Shown here in pieces: positions 26,001 to 38,600 of a stretch of 64,000 nucleotides of DNA (the first letter of the stretch is position 1; every line of letters starts with the position of its first letter). Origin of the DNA: Macrostomum lignano (taxonomy: Eukaryota); assembly GCA_002269645.1 (NCBI GenBank), contig NIVC01002344.1:1-64000 (forward strand). Reading direction: 5' to 3'. Below the pieces are notes generated by a model. That model did no database searches and had not been told where the DNA came from. It was given only the letters and a program-made list of their open reading frames with translations. The translations under genes and the position numbers were made by a program.

Positions 26001-27368
26001 GTCAGATGGCGCCACAAACACCCAGTGACCCCTACAGCTGTCAGATGGCGCCACAAACACCCAGTGACCCCTACAGCTGTCAGATGGCGCCACAAACACC
26101 CAGTGACCCCTACAGCTGTCAGATGGCGCCACAAACACCCAGTGACCCCTACAGCTGTCAGATGGCGCCACAAACACCCAGTGACCCCTACAGCTGTCAG
26201 ATGGCGCCACAAACACCCTGAGATGCTTTCTGAAAATTTATTTTTCATAGATATTTTACCTCTCGCTGAATGTTATCAACAGCATCGGTGAACAGCCGGC
26301 CACTAGGGTCCGTACCGTTGCCATAGAGACTGCGCATACTAACGGCCATTCGATCTTTGGCGAAAGATTTCACCTCTTTGCTGAACGTGAAGGACAAAAT
26401 TGCGACAGTAATGTTAGCGATGAGCAGGATGGCCAACAGAAAGGCGTACTGCAATGGAGGAAGGGTGGGATCTCTGATCGATGTGATACACAGGGGGTAG
26501 ACCTTCGATAGAGATGTACATTGGGGGGTAAGACCTTCAATAAAGATGTACATTGGGGGTAGACCTTCAACTGAGATGTACATTGGGGTAGACCTTCGAT
26601 AGAGATGTACATTGGGTGCAGACATTCAATAGATATACATTGGGGGTAGACCTTCAATAGAGATGTACATTGGGGTAGACCTTCGATAGAGATGTACATT
26701 GGGTGCAGACATTCAATAGATATACATTGGGGGTAGACCTTCAATAGAGATGTACTTTGGGGGCAGACCTTCGATAAAGATTTACATTGGGGGTAGACCT
26801 TCAATAAAGATGTACTTTGGGGGCAGACCTTCAACTGAGATGTACATTGTGGGTAGACATTCAATAGATGTACATTGGGGGTAGACCTGTAGACTTTGGG
26901 GGCAGACCTTCGATAAAGATTTACGTTGGGGGCAGACCTTTAATAGAGATGTACATTGGGGGCAGACCTTTAATAGAGATGTACATTGGGGGCAGATCTT
27001 TAATAGAGATGTACTTTGGGGGCAGACCGTCAAGAGAGATGTACATTGAGTGGCCAGCAGACATGAAGCAGGCAATTCACCTCAACCCAACTCACCACAG
27101 TCAGCAAGCAAGAGGACTCCTTGCAAGAGCCAGAACAGCCAAACAGTCCAACAAGCAGGATGACGCAGCCGCAGCCAATCAGAATGACCCTGATGCTTTT
27201 CAGAGTTTCCATTGCGGCAATAACGTCGGAAAAACGTCCCAGCTCAGCGCTGGTGCACAGGTAGATTCCAACGCCAAGAACTAAAGCGCCAACTAAAAGG
27301 AACAAAGCGTTCACAATAATCAGGAATATCTTTAGAAAGAGGCTTGGTTTGCCTCCTCCGCTGGCCAT
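23066..27368 (-). CDS. Tetraspanin B, 281 aa (exons 27368-27096, 26448-26260, 25525-25301, 24970-24887, 23140-23066)
   Basis: MASGGGKPSLFLKIFLIIVN...GCSGSCKESSCLLTV / YAFLLAILL...IQRE / EQCCGW...FPDSCC...ESC / DCWDRL...LLQ / IVCLICAIVLLCQ...*. Exon 2 (189 nt) and exon 4 (84 nt) have the same lengths as in tetraspanin A. Confidence 0.93.
23235..24833. repeat. 17-bp minisatellite (GGGTAGGTTGGTTAATT)n in tetraspanin B intron 4
   Basis: Period 17, about 90 copies. Confidence 0.94.
25605..26219. repeat. 39-bp minisatellite in tetraspanin B intron 2
   Basis: Unit CAGATGGCGCCACAAACACCTATTGCCCCCTACAGCTGT; a second homogeneous block carries CCAGTGACC. Confidence 0.95.
26482..27050. repeat. About 30-bp minisatellite in tetraspanin B intron 1
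   Basis: Unit GATGTACATTGGGGGTAGACCTTCAATAGA with variants. Confidence 0.9.
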
Positions 27369-27569
27369 GGCTTCAGTTTGAGCAGCTGAGCTGAAATACA
27401 TAAGCGGGGGTTGCTTGAGTCTAGTTAAACCTTCCTCATGATATTGTATCATATGCTGTTAATGATATTATCGTCCTACTAAAAACTTTTGTCGCGGTTT
27501 GAAGCCCTGATGCTAGAGATTCTGAGACCAGCTAAATGCATTTATGAGTAGTGTCAAGTGTGATAAACT

Positions 27570-27708
27570 GGGGATGTCAGGTGTGCCAAACTAAGGGTAT
27601 CAGGTGTGCCAAATTAAGGGTGTCAGGTGTGCCAAACTAAGGGTGTCAGGTGTGCCAAACTAAGGGTGTCAGGTGTGCCAAATTAAGGGTGTCAGGTGTG
27701 CCAAACTA
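27570..27708. repeat. 23-bp minisatellite between tetraspanins C and B
   Basis: GTGTCAGGTGTGCCAAACTAAGG, period 23, about 6 copies. Confidence 0.88.
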
Positions 27709-27816
27709 GTAAGCATTTTAACAAAATTAGTAGACAAAGAAGGCACAGTTAGTAGTATAAGTCAATAAATATATATTAACCCATTTATCCAATAACTGAG
27801 ACAGTAACAAATTCAA

Positions 27817-30800
27817 TTATAAATATAAAAATTCTATTTTGTTGGCCACAATAGCCAGTGTAATCGGCAGCTTGCACAATAAAAGAAACTTATAAATATT
27901 TATGAACAGAAACAACAGTTTTAATGAATAAACAAATGAATGACAGAAAATGCTAAGTTTTTTTAGCAAGGGAAGCCAGCCTTATTGGAATGTCAACCGC
28001 ATGAGTTCATGTAAAAGAGTATGAAAAATTCGACTAAATAAAAAAACAATAAACAAACTACTGATAAGTAAATTATCACAATAAAGCTAAGAATTAAATA
28101 TTTTTAGAACAAGATGCAGGTCAAATAGAAATGACCTGACACTAGCAAGTCGGGTCAAACGAATTGACCTTTATCATAGACTCGATTATCCAATGAAGAG
28201 AACGCGCTGATAGCGATGGAGTCAAAAACTAGGCAGATTAACTGAAAAAATATACATGATTTACGGATTTAGATATGTGGCAGTGTAAACATTTGTATTT
28301 TAATAAGGAATCTCATCAAAATTCTTACCTGAAAAGTCATTAGCATCACAGATACGCCTGTTGCCGTTCGAAATCCCGTATGGCAAGCTTCAATGAACAG
28401 ATCGATGCAGTCCTTGGAAATGGAAAATTGGGGTAGGAAATCTTTTTGAAAGTTATTTAGATTATTTACATAGAGGCGGACAGAGTGGCTTAGGGTGGGA
28501 GATAGAGAGGTAGGCTGGGAGATGGAGAGGGTGAGAGATGGAAAGGGAAGCTGGGAGATAGAGAGGTAGAGTGGGAGATGGAAAGAGGTCGGGAGATGGA
28601 GAGGAACGGTGGGAGATGGAGAGGAACGGTGGGAGATGGAGAGGAACGGTGGGAGATGGAGAGGAACGGTGGGAGATGAAGAGGGACGGTGGGAGATGGA
28701 GAGGAACGGTGGGAGATGGAGAGGGACGGTGGGAGATGGAGAGGGACGGTGGGAGATGGAGAGGGAGGCTGGGAGATGGAGAGGAAGGCTGGGAGATGGA
28801 GAGGGACGGTGGGAGATGGAGAGGGACGGTGGGAGATGGAGAGGGACGGTGGGAGATGGAGAGGGACGATGGGAGATGGAGAGGAACGGTGGGAGATGGA
28901 GAGGAACGGTGGGAGATGGAGAGGGACGGTGGGAGATGGAGAGGGACGGTGGGAGATGGAGAGGGACGGTGGGAGATGGAGAGGAACGGTGGGAGATGGA
29001 GAGGAACGGTGGGAGATGGAGAGGAACGGTGGGAGATGGAGAGGGACGGTGGGAGATGGAGAGGGACGGTGGGAGATAGAGAGGGACGGTGGGAGATGGA
29101 GAGGGAGGCTGGGAGATGGAGAGGGACGGTGGGAGATGAAGGGAAAGGGTATTGAAAAGGGGGAGGTTAGGATAGGGAGGGCAAGATGGCTGACTGTGCT
29201 CAGAGACAAGGCCCCAAAAGCAGTGGACTCACAGCTGGGTGCATATAGCCAATTCGCCTGGCTAGCAGCTCATTCTCAGCCAAGGTGCATTTCGAAAGTT
29301 TTTCCCTGTCAACGGCAGGGTTGCAGCAGGACTCTGGATAATAAAACAGTTTATGAGTAGCGGAGTTCCCCGAGCCCTGGCGTCGGAACCAGGGAGTTTC
29401 TAGGAAAATGTTGCGCGATCCGACCCGGCCCGACCAGCCGCAGCATGTGAACTGAAATTTGAAAGAATAATTCTATTTAGTTATTGTGACTACTGATTCG
29501 TTTGCCTTAGTTGCTTTGCGTGCCTTGAAGAAGTTTGACGCGCCGCGTTTCGTAAAGAACAGTTATGGAAATAGAGAGGAGCTCATGTAAATAGGAAGGG
29601 AGAAGAAGGATAGAAAAAGGGGGAGATGGAGAGAAGAGGTGAGAGGAAGATGGGGGAGATGGGAGAGAAGAGAAGGGGAGATGGGAGAGAAGAGATGAGG
29701 GAGATGGGAGAGAAGAGATGAGGGAGATGGGCAGAGAAGAGATGAGGGAGATGGGCAGAGAAGAGATGAGAGGGGAGGGAGATGGGGAAGAGAGACACAA
29801 GAGGTTAGAGGGATATAGGAGAGAGGGAGATAGGGAGAGGGAGATGGGGAGAAGAAAAGGGAGAGAAGATGAGGAGAGGGAGACGGGGAGAGAAGAGATG
29901 AGAGGGAGATGGGGGAGAGGGAGACAAGTGGTGAGAGGGAGATGGGGGGAGAGAAATGGGGAGATGGGGAGAGGGAGATGGGAGAAAATGGGGCAGAGGG
30001 AGATGGGAGAAAATGGGGGGAGGAGATGGGTAGAGGGAGATAGGGAGAGGGAGATGGGGAGAGGGAGATAAGAGATGGGGGGAGAGAAATGGGGAGATAG
30101 GTAAGAGGGAGATGTAAGAGTTCAATGCATGATTTGGCAGTTGCACGAAGAAGTACGAAAGCCACAGTGGGCGAAACGATGCTATTTATTTAATATTTAG
30201 TCGACAACTGCATGGCGTGGGGGTGGTAGTAAATGTACACTTTGCTTACTACGAGAACAGAGAAGAGGGCGAGAGTGAGAGAGAGAGAAAGCCGGCTGAC
30301 GCGCGGGGCCGGAAAAATGGGGTGGGCGCTCTATAGCAAATCTGCAATGGCTCACAGGAGATGGGAGAAAATGGGGGAGAGGGAGATGGGGAGAGGGAGA
30401 TAGGGAGAGGAAGATAAGAGATGAGGGGGAGACGATGATAGGAAGGAAAGGTCATAGGGAAAGAGAGGAGAGGGAGAAGATGGGAGGGGAGCGAAGTTCG
30501 GTGAGAACTGCACTGTCTACTATCTTCTGATTTAAATCTGTATCATTTAGAACAAAAAGGCAATTCACATTCCAGTGCATGCATGTACGCAACCGGTACA
30601 ACTTAATGAATTTACGTCACAATTCATCAAAATTCATTCAAGTTCACGCAACAAGCGTAAAATTTCGTTGCAAAAAAAACGTGACAGCAACGTTGATAAA
30701 AACAGCTTACCTCAGCTTGAAAAGAATCAACAGCCGCAGTGACGTCATCAACCGCAGTAGAATTTCTACTAAACAATCCATACTGATCTCTGATGCTTTT

Positions 30801-32408
30801 GAGAGACAGTTTAGAGTCGTCAATGGTTCGATACCGACTGGCACTGGCAGCCGCTAATGACACAGCGGACAGGTGAACCATCAATAGCAGAGCCAGAAGA
30901 GTCAGGTGCTGTCAGGCAGTGTTAGTTATAAATAAAAATTAAATTAAGTCGACTGTAAACAAAATTAGTTGCGATAGATTTCAAACTAATAAACAACTTT
31001 AACACTTTATGGCGTATGCATAACTAAAATTAGCAGTTAGGCACAATAAATAGCGCCTTGTTTTATAATTGCGATCGTCATGTAAGCTGGGGTACCTAAC
31101 TAAGGAAATACTACTAAGGTGAATCAGGTGAACATTTATGGACCAGTTTAAAGGCCATTATATTTAGTTATTGAATGACGGTTTTCAGAGCGGTAAAAAG
31201 ACGATTCTCAGGGCGATAAAGTGACGATTCTTCTCAGGGCGATAAAGTGACGATTCTTAGGGCGATAAAGTGACGATTCTCAGGGCGATAAAGTGACGAT
31301 TCTTAGGGCGATAAAGAGACGATTCTTAGGGCGATAAAGAGACGATTCTCAGGGCGATAAAGTGACGATTCTTAGGGCGATAAAGTGACGATTCTCAGGG
31401 CGATAAAGTGACGATTCTTAGGGCGATAAGGTGACGATTCTCAGGGCGATAAAGTGACGATTCTCAGAGCCATAAAGTGACGATTCTCAGGGCGATAAAG
31501 TGACGATTCTCAGGGCGATAAAGTGACGATTCTCAGAGCGATAAAGTGACGATTCTCAGAGCGATAAAGTGACGTTTCTTCTTAGAGCGATAAAGTGACG
31601 ATTCTTAGGGCGATAAAGTGACGATTCTTCTCAGGGCGATAAAGTGACGATTCTCAGAGCGATAAAGTGACGATTCTCAGGGCGATAAAGTGACGATTCT
31701 CAGGCCAATAAAGTGACGATTCTCAGAGCGATAAAGTGACGTTTCTTCTTAGAGCGATAAAGTGACGATTCTTAGGGCGATAAAGTGACGATTCTCAGAG
31801 CGATAAAGTGACGATTCTCAGAGCGATAAAGTGACGTTTCTTCTTAGAGCGATAAAGTGACGATTCTTAGGGCGATAAAGTGACGATTCTCAGAGCGATA
31901 AAGTGACGATTCTCAGAGCGATAAAGTGACGATTCTCAGGGCGATAAAGTGACGATTCTCAGGCCAATAAAGTGACGATTCTCAGTGCGATAAAGAGACG
32001 ATTCTCAGGGCGATAAAGTGACGATTCTTATGGCAATTAAATAGCAATTCTCATGACACTTAAGTGACAATTTTCAGAGCAATAAAGTGACAATTGAGAA
32101 GTAAAACAAATTCTTACCAGCTGAACAAATCCAAAACTTTCTTTACAAGCTACAACGCATCCGAGTGCAGCTATAATAATAGCCAGAAATGCACAGAAGA
32201 CAAAACCAACTCGGATGAGCACAATAGAGTTTATATTCACTAGACCCAGGGATGAGTACCGCATTGCATCAAACTGGGTGAACACGCGCCAGCAAACACC
32301 CAGCAACAGAGCTCCACCTACTAGCAGTAGTGAGTTGACAACAAATAGACAGGTCTTAATTCTTGTTCTAACCCATGTTGCAAGATAAGGAGACCACTGA
32401 ATAACCAT
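27817..32408 (-). CDS. Tetraspanin C, divergent, about 287 aa (exons 32408-32118, 30908-30711, 29451-29233, 28412-28329, 27888-27817)
   Basis: TM1-2 ...ALGCVVACKESFGFVQL. Exon 3 FTCCGWSG...ETPWF...YPESCC...SKC. Exon 4 (84 nt) DCIDLF...FQ. Exon 5 is 72 nt to TAA and is the least certain. All introns phase 0, GT-AG. Confidence 0.82.
28495..29140. repeat. 20-bp purine-rich minisatellite (GAGAGGGACGGTGGGAGATG)n in tetraspanin C intron 3
   Basis: Period 20. Confidence 0.92.
29580..30490. repeat. GA-rich low-complexity tracts in tetraspanin C intron 2
   Basis: GGGAGA/GAGAT runs at 29580-30120 and 30355-30490. Confidence 0.85.
31195..32030. repeat. 23-bp minisatellite (GATTCTCAGGGCGATAAAGTGAC)n in tetraspanin C intron 1
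   Basis: Period 23 (31201 to 31224). Confidence 0.93.
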
Positions 32409-32518
32409 TTGTAAGATTATAGCTCAACTGCAATGGAAGTTGTAAAAATGAATTGGAGTCCATTAAAACTTGTTTAAAGACTAAATATTATTTTTAAATG
32501 TCCCTTAGTAGGCAGACA

Positions 32519-33198
32519 TGAGCCATGGCATCTCAGCAATTCCTACAATGAGCCATGGCATCTCAGCAATTCCTACAATGAGCCATGGCATTTCAGCAAT
32601 TCCTACAATGAGCCATGGCATCTCAGCAATTCCTACATTGAGCCATGGCATTTCAGCAATTCCTACATTGAGCCATGGCATCTCAGCAATTCCTACATTG
32701 AGCCATGGCATCTCAGCAATTCCTACAATGAGCCATGGCATTTCAGCAATTCCTACAATGAGCCATGGCATCTCAGCAATTCCTACAATGAGCCATGGCA
32801 TCTCAGCAATTCCTACATTGAGCCATGGCATCTCAGCAATTCCTACAATGAACCATGGCATCTTATCAATTCCTACAATGAGCCATGGCATCTCAGCAAT
32901 TCCTACAATGAACCATGGCATCTTATCAATTCCTACATTGAGCCATGGCATTTCAGCAATTCCTACATTGAGCCATGGCATCTCAGCAATTCCTACATTG
33001 AGCCATGGCATCTCAGCAATTCCTACAATGAGCCATGGCATTTCAGCAATTCCTACAATGAGCCATGGCATTTCAGCAATTCCTACATTGAGCCATGGCA
33101 TCTCAGCAATTCCTACATTGAGCCATGGCATCTCAGCAATTCCTACAATGAGCCATGGCATTTCAGCAATTCCTACATTGAGCCATGGCATCTCAGCC
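32519..33198. repeat. 30-bp minisatellite (AGCCATGGCATCTCAGCAATTCCTACAATG)n upstream of tetraspanin C
   Basis: Period 30, about 22 copies. Confidence 0.95.
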
Positions 33199-34166
33199 AT
33201 TGCTTCTTCAACTAAATTTTTGCAGGACATAGTATAACAACTCTCCAATGGCATCTTTTAACTGTACTTTAATTTAAGTTTTCTTAGCAAATAAGGGAAA
33301 AATATGGGTTTCTAATTTCAATCCTGAACTCCTAGATTTCTTAGCAAAAATTAGGATCCTAATCACACCTACCCAATCCATAAAATTTTGATTCTATCCA
33401 ACCTCGATATATGGCAATATATTTGATAACAATTTCAATCCCACTCTTATATAATCCTAGAATCAAAAATCACCTGGTCACTGAACTTTTCTTTTGGCTT
33501 CAAAGTTAAGCAATTTTCTAGGCCTATACAGATTCAACCCAAATCTATATCTAGCTTAAAACCCTAACTATGGGGGCATGGGGGATTTTTCATTATAGAA
33601 AAGAATGTTTTAATGGATTAATTTTATATACATAATCTTCAATAAGCTTATTGAATTTTAATATTCAGAAGGCCTATATTAACTCCTGATTCTTTAAACC
33701 ACTTTGTCACAAAGGTTAAAACTAACATTAAAATAAACAATCTGCTTTAGGTGTCATTAAAATGACATTGAAGAAAATTTGTCAAAACTATTTTCACAAG
33801 ACTTTGCTAGCTACTAATGACAAGCAGAAGCCTATTGGTGCAACCAATTGCTCTAGGGCTATATTTTTTCTTGTCAATTCAATGATGGTCAAGAGGATTC
33901 AAAGTTTTTTAATTTAAAAGTAAGTTTCTTTATCATTCAATATCTAGCTAGGTCTACAAAAATTGACTGCCACAATTTGACTGTTAACAAATTGTCTGGC
34001 AATAAAATTTGATAGTCAAATAGTGATGGTCAATTGTTAATCTCCTAATATAGCTATATATGGTTTTCTAATAGTAAGATAGATACAAATACAAGGGTTG
34101 TTTGGAAAGTCTGCAATCAAATGTGTCTAATAGATTAATGGATTAAACAAATGTAATACTACTCTT

Positions 34167-34665
34167 CACTGCTTTTCAATGTAGGCACCCTTGAGATTTA
34201 TGCACTTGTGCCATCTCTTAAGCAATTTCAATGCTGGCAGCATAAAAATAGGCAGATGACCCCCTAACCCATTGGCTAAAAATGGGTGATGCCAAGGTCT
34301 ATAGAGAGCTGTATTGGCAACCTTGGAAGGTTTTTTCATGTCCCTGAATAGCCAAAAGTCACTGGGTAGGTATAGCAGCACCTCAAAGCCCAAGTCCAAA
34401 ATGGCAACCATTGTTGCCTGGCTGGCATGCAACCTAACATTATTGTACTGAAGCAAGATACCACAACTAAGCTTGCTGTGCCACTAGGCCTTGATGGCTT
34501 GATGGCAACTTCTACAAGACTTAGATATAGTACTTACTGTTGATTGTGGCACCATGAGAAAGCCATTCAATAAGCAGAATATCCTTCTTGTCCCAGAAGA
34601 TGGTGGCCATTTGCTTGCCGGCTAAAGGTGCAGTCAGGGCTTTGACAGGTGTGGGCTCATATATG
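34167..34665 (-). pseudogene. Decayed mariner transposase remnant (C-terminal half)
   Basis: Minus-strand translation gives AGKQMATIFWDKKDILLIEWLSHGATINSKYY* ... LLQYNNVRLH ... LGFEVL ... PSDFWLFRDMKK ... RWHKCINLKGAYIEKQ*, matching mariner motifs, with stops and deletions. Confidence 0.8.
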
Positions 34666-35384
34666 CGCAACCCCCCCCTGATTTACACTGGCCATGTGAC
34701 TTACTTTTTGACCCAAAATGCGACTTACCTGTGAGAAAGGGTTTATTTTGAATCCCCGCCATTTTTCTTAGTGACCGCATTTTTGAAAGATATTTGTTTG
34801 AATACGCTCTTCCTCCCCCCTCCCCCTCTTTTGGTTAGTATAAAAAGACATGAATTCAGCGCCCAGAGAGGCAACCGAGTTTTTGGTTCAAGGCTATCTG
34901 CCTAACAAACTGAATAAGCGAATTTTGTTAAAACCTTCCTTATTTGCCAAGAATAAAGAGCGAATGCTCATTGGCCAGGTAGAAATTACCGAAAGCTCAA
35001 GACGATCAGTCTAAAAGCCAATAGCAGAACCGCGAACAGTAAAGGCGTAGAGAGCCAATTCGAGAGGGAGAAATATCCCAATAGAAATATTCAAATTGAA
35101 CAACCAATGGGAAGTCATATATGACAAAAGCAAATCTGTAAGAGGAAACTGAAATTCACTGGGCAACCTCGATCCATTGGAGGGCGCTGCTTTAGGACTT
35201 AGTCACCCTTCCCCCTCCTTTTTCCTAGCTAAACAGTGTCTTGCTACTTGGGCATTGCGCGCTACCAGGGCAATCCGTGCTTACGTGAAAGCCCATAATC
35301 TTAACTCTGTGACACTGTATTTTAGTAGTTCATAACGAGCCTGATAGCTAGTCTAATGAAATTCTAGAATTATAGCAAATTTCA

Positions 35385-35605
35385 CCCCAGTACAACTTGG
35401 TAACAGCAGTGGAATTGTGAATAGGCATAAGAGTCACCTACAACAACTTGGTGTCAGCTATTAGGATAGAACTTATAACTTTAGAGCACTACCACAATTT
35501 GGTGACAATTGTAGGATTCCCAACTTAGCTTAATTACCCCTCCAACAACTTGGTGACATCGGTGGGATAGTTTATAATAATTAAATACCCCCTACAACAC
35601 CTGTG
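35385..35605. repeat. Degenerate 51-bp tandem repeat, 4-5 units
   Basis: Core ACAA(C/T)TTGGT starts at 35392, 35443, 35494 and 35545 (exact 51-bp spacing). Confidence 0.7.
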
Positions 35606-38600
35606 AAAAAACCCTAAAGCAAAATTAACGCAGTTTTGGGTAAAACGGCAGGAGTAACTATGACTGTCTTATCAAACCTAAATGCCTCGGCATCTAATTA
35701 GTACTACATCTGTATTCTTTGGGGTGGCATTTTTGCAACTTACCCCTGGTCCACCACAATTTACGGTGGCCAGATCGGCCAGGTCGGCTAGCAGTTGCGC
35801 ATGTATGTGTGGGCTCATGGCTAGCCTTTCACATACTACTCTGCATCTTAGACTCTGGCTTACTATAATAGAACCAAGATTCATACCTAGTCAACATCTA
35901 GTCTAAAAGTTGGGATCATTGCAATACAACTAGAAAAGCTGCTAATACACCTGGACCTGCTCTTGCTGTTGCTAGTTAATCAGAAGTTTTGGGACCTAAT
36001 GAGCAACAATGTGTGACATACCAAGCTCAACTATCAGGATTGAGTGAATGGCCATTCATGAGATGCCAATAATGGTTGACAACTCTTGCATTGTGGCTTG
36101 GCAGTCAATATCTAGAGTAGGCCTAATAGAGATATTCTAAAATTTTGATGTTGCTTTTGATTTTTTGATTTTGAAAAATTTGTAATTTTTTAGAGAAATT
36201 TTCAATTTTGAAAAAATTTTGACTCCAAAATTTTGGTAGTGTCTACTTCTAATTTTTTATGTAATTTTAATATTCTTAAAAATAAATTACTGTCTTATGA
36301 ATAGGTAATATTATAATTATTTTTTAGGTATTTGAATTTGTTAAAACTGTTTTATGTATGTAAGCTTGTAAATATGTAGTTTTTGAAACTGTCATTTTTT
36401 GTAAATTTTGTGGAACTTTAAAGAGCTATAAAAGCATTTGCTGATTAATATATTGTAATATATTTTGCGCATATTACAATACATACATACTAGACTAAAT
36501 TATATATACATATAACTAAGTAACAAGGGGTATAGATGGTTTTCACGTCAAAAAGTTTTTGCATTCAAAGTGGCAATGGTGAATTCTACTTATTCAGTAG
36601 CTAAAAATAAACTAATTATAAACTAATTTTTGCCATACATACATGTATTTTGTTTTGCATGAGCAGTAAATCAAAAGTAAAAAGTGAGTATTGGTCATGC
36701 TAAACTTTGTTTTTACTAAATTTTAATTTTGGAAAATTTTGATTTTAATTTTGGAAAGTAGCAAATTTTGATTTCAATTTTGATTACAATAGAAAATTCA
36801 ATTTCTGAACATCTCTATAGAGCATAATGCACAAGCTCAATGTTTGACCTATTAACCCTGGTGGCAGACTAGCCACTCTATGGAAGGTCATTGACTGTCT
36901 CTAAGCTATCTTCAAAGTGCTGCACCACTTGTTGATCATGGTTTTTGATGCTGTACATTCATTAAATGTTGCTTGTATCTCACAAAAGTCACTCAAAAAA
37001 GATATATATTTGATTATGGACTTTCTGAACAACCTTTGTATTCATTAAGCAGCTAAAATGTCAATGAGGCTCTTCATATTGCTTGTTTTGGTTCTAGAAC
37101 CAGAACCAATTTGTAAAGTATAGCTTTTTGTTTCCTAAACTAGAGGGATAAAAGTGCTTTAAAATTATGATTATTAAATGGCAATAGCCAAGAAAAAAAT
37201 GAAAAATGGTGCAAAGTTAAGGCAGTCAAACATTCAACAAAGTTAAATAGTTATACTGCTTTTTTTCTTGGAAATCTGAACCAATTCTGGTTCAAAAATC
37301 AATTGCCATGAAGAGGCTCTATAGCAATATAGTAACCATACCATTATACTTGAAAAAAATTACTAGACTTTATGTTTTGTATTATAAAAGGAATATAACT
37401 ATTATAGAAAATATTCAAATATTATAATAGTGTTTTAATGTTGTTTTAAAAAAGAAAAACCCAGGTTTAATAAACTATACTATATTAGGCCTATTCTTAA
37501 AAAATAAAAATAAAGTTTTTTTTCAAATCATAAATAACTTTGTTTTGCTAAATTCTTTTGTACCAATATATCTTAACTAAAATATTTACCTACACTATCA
37601 AGCTCTATCATATTTTACTAAGAGGTGTTATATTCTCTAAACTTTTAAAATGTCATTTGAGATTTAATTTATATTGTCTATTGACTTATCTTGAAACATA
37701 AGACTTTACAAAGCAATACTAGTGCCTAAATATTAGCCATGACTTGAGTCATTAATAGGGCTTTTAATGCAAAGGCTAGATAAGTTTTTTTTCTTTGCCT
37801 TTTTTCTTCTAGCCTTCTTTTTTCATACAAACAAAGCCAAAAAACAATTTTTGTAATTGTAACATTTGTAAGCATGAAAAACAAGAAAAAATTGACAAAA
37901 TGATAAAATGAGAAAAAGGATAAGGAGAAAAGCTAAAATTTAGCAATAACCCTCTTAAATAATTGAAAGACTTGTAAAGTCTAGTAGGCATATGCTACTT
38001 AGTAGGCTAGTAGTAGTACTGTAGGCTGCTAGGCATTAGTACATAGTTTTAATAGGAATTTAGGTCTATTAAGCTCAATTCAAATAGCTGTTATTAGCTG
38101 GGTCTGTTTCTCCTTTGCAAAATTAATTTATCAAAAACAAAATTATTTTATATAAATCAATTTTATTGATTTTATATAAGTAGGGCCTACAATTTTATTT
38201 TATATAAATCAATTTTACAAATGATTACACTATAGGGGGCCTAGCCTAGGGTAGGCCCTACTTTTGTGTATTGTATTGCTTTTTGCTATAATCTATACAG
38301 TACAGGCACAGCTACAGGCAAGCATAGCAAACCAAACGTCGAAAAAAGAAGAATAAAACAGTAAACCGTTTTAAAAGTCATTTAAGCCTGTGGAATTGAT
38401 TGTTAATGATTTTGACAGTTACTTGCCGTTGCCGCCTTCTTCACTAAAGTGTTGAAAGCGGAACTTTCCAGGGTTAAAAAATCCCAATGAAAAATAAACG
38501 AAAAATAAAGTTCGTCTGCCGCTATTTTTTACAATTATCGCCCGCTTGTGCGTTTTATACGAACAATGAAATTTATCTTCTTATAACTCAAGGGAGTTAT

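Noticed and set aside
25562-26291. 13-aa repeat ORFs (MAPQTPIAPYSCQ and others); CAGATGGCGCC as a CTCF-like motif
   Set aside because: Intronic 39-bp minisatellite open in several frames. The motif match is partial, with no supporting evidence.
28490-30165. Arg/Gly/Glu-rich and Pro/Ser/Leu-rich ORFs
   Set aside because: Translations of GA-rich intronic repeats.
32505-33254. 10-aa repeat ORFs on both strands (GIAEMPWLNV / MSHGISAIPT)
   Set aside because: A 30-bp unit lacking stops by chance; no signal peptide or unique domain.
35385-35605. CRISPR-like repeat-spacer array
   Set aside because: Eukaryotic context, short non-identical cores, mutually related spacers and no cas genes.
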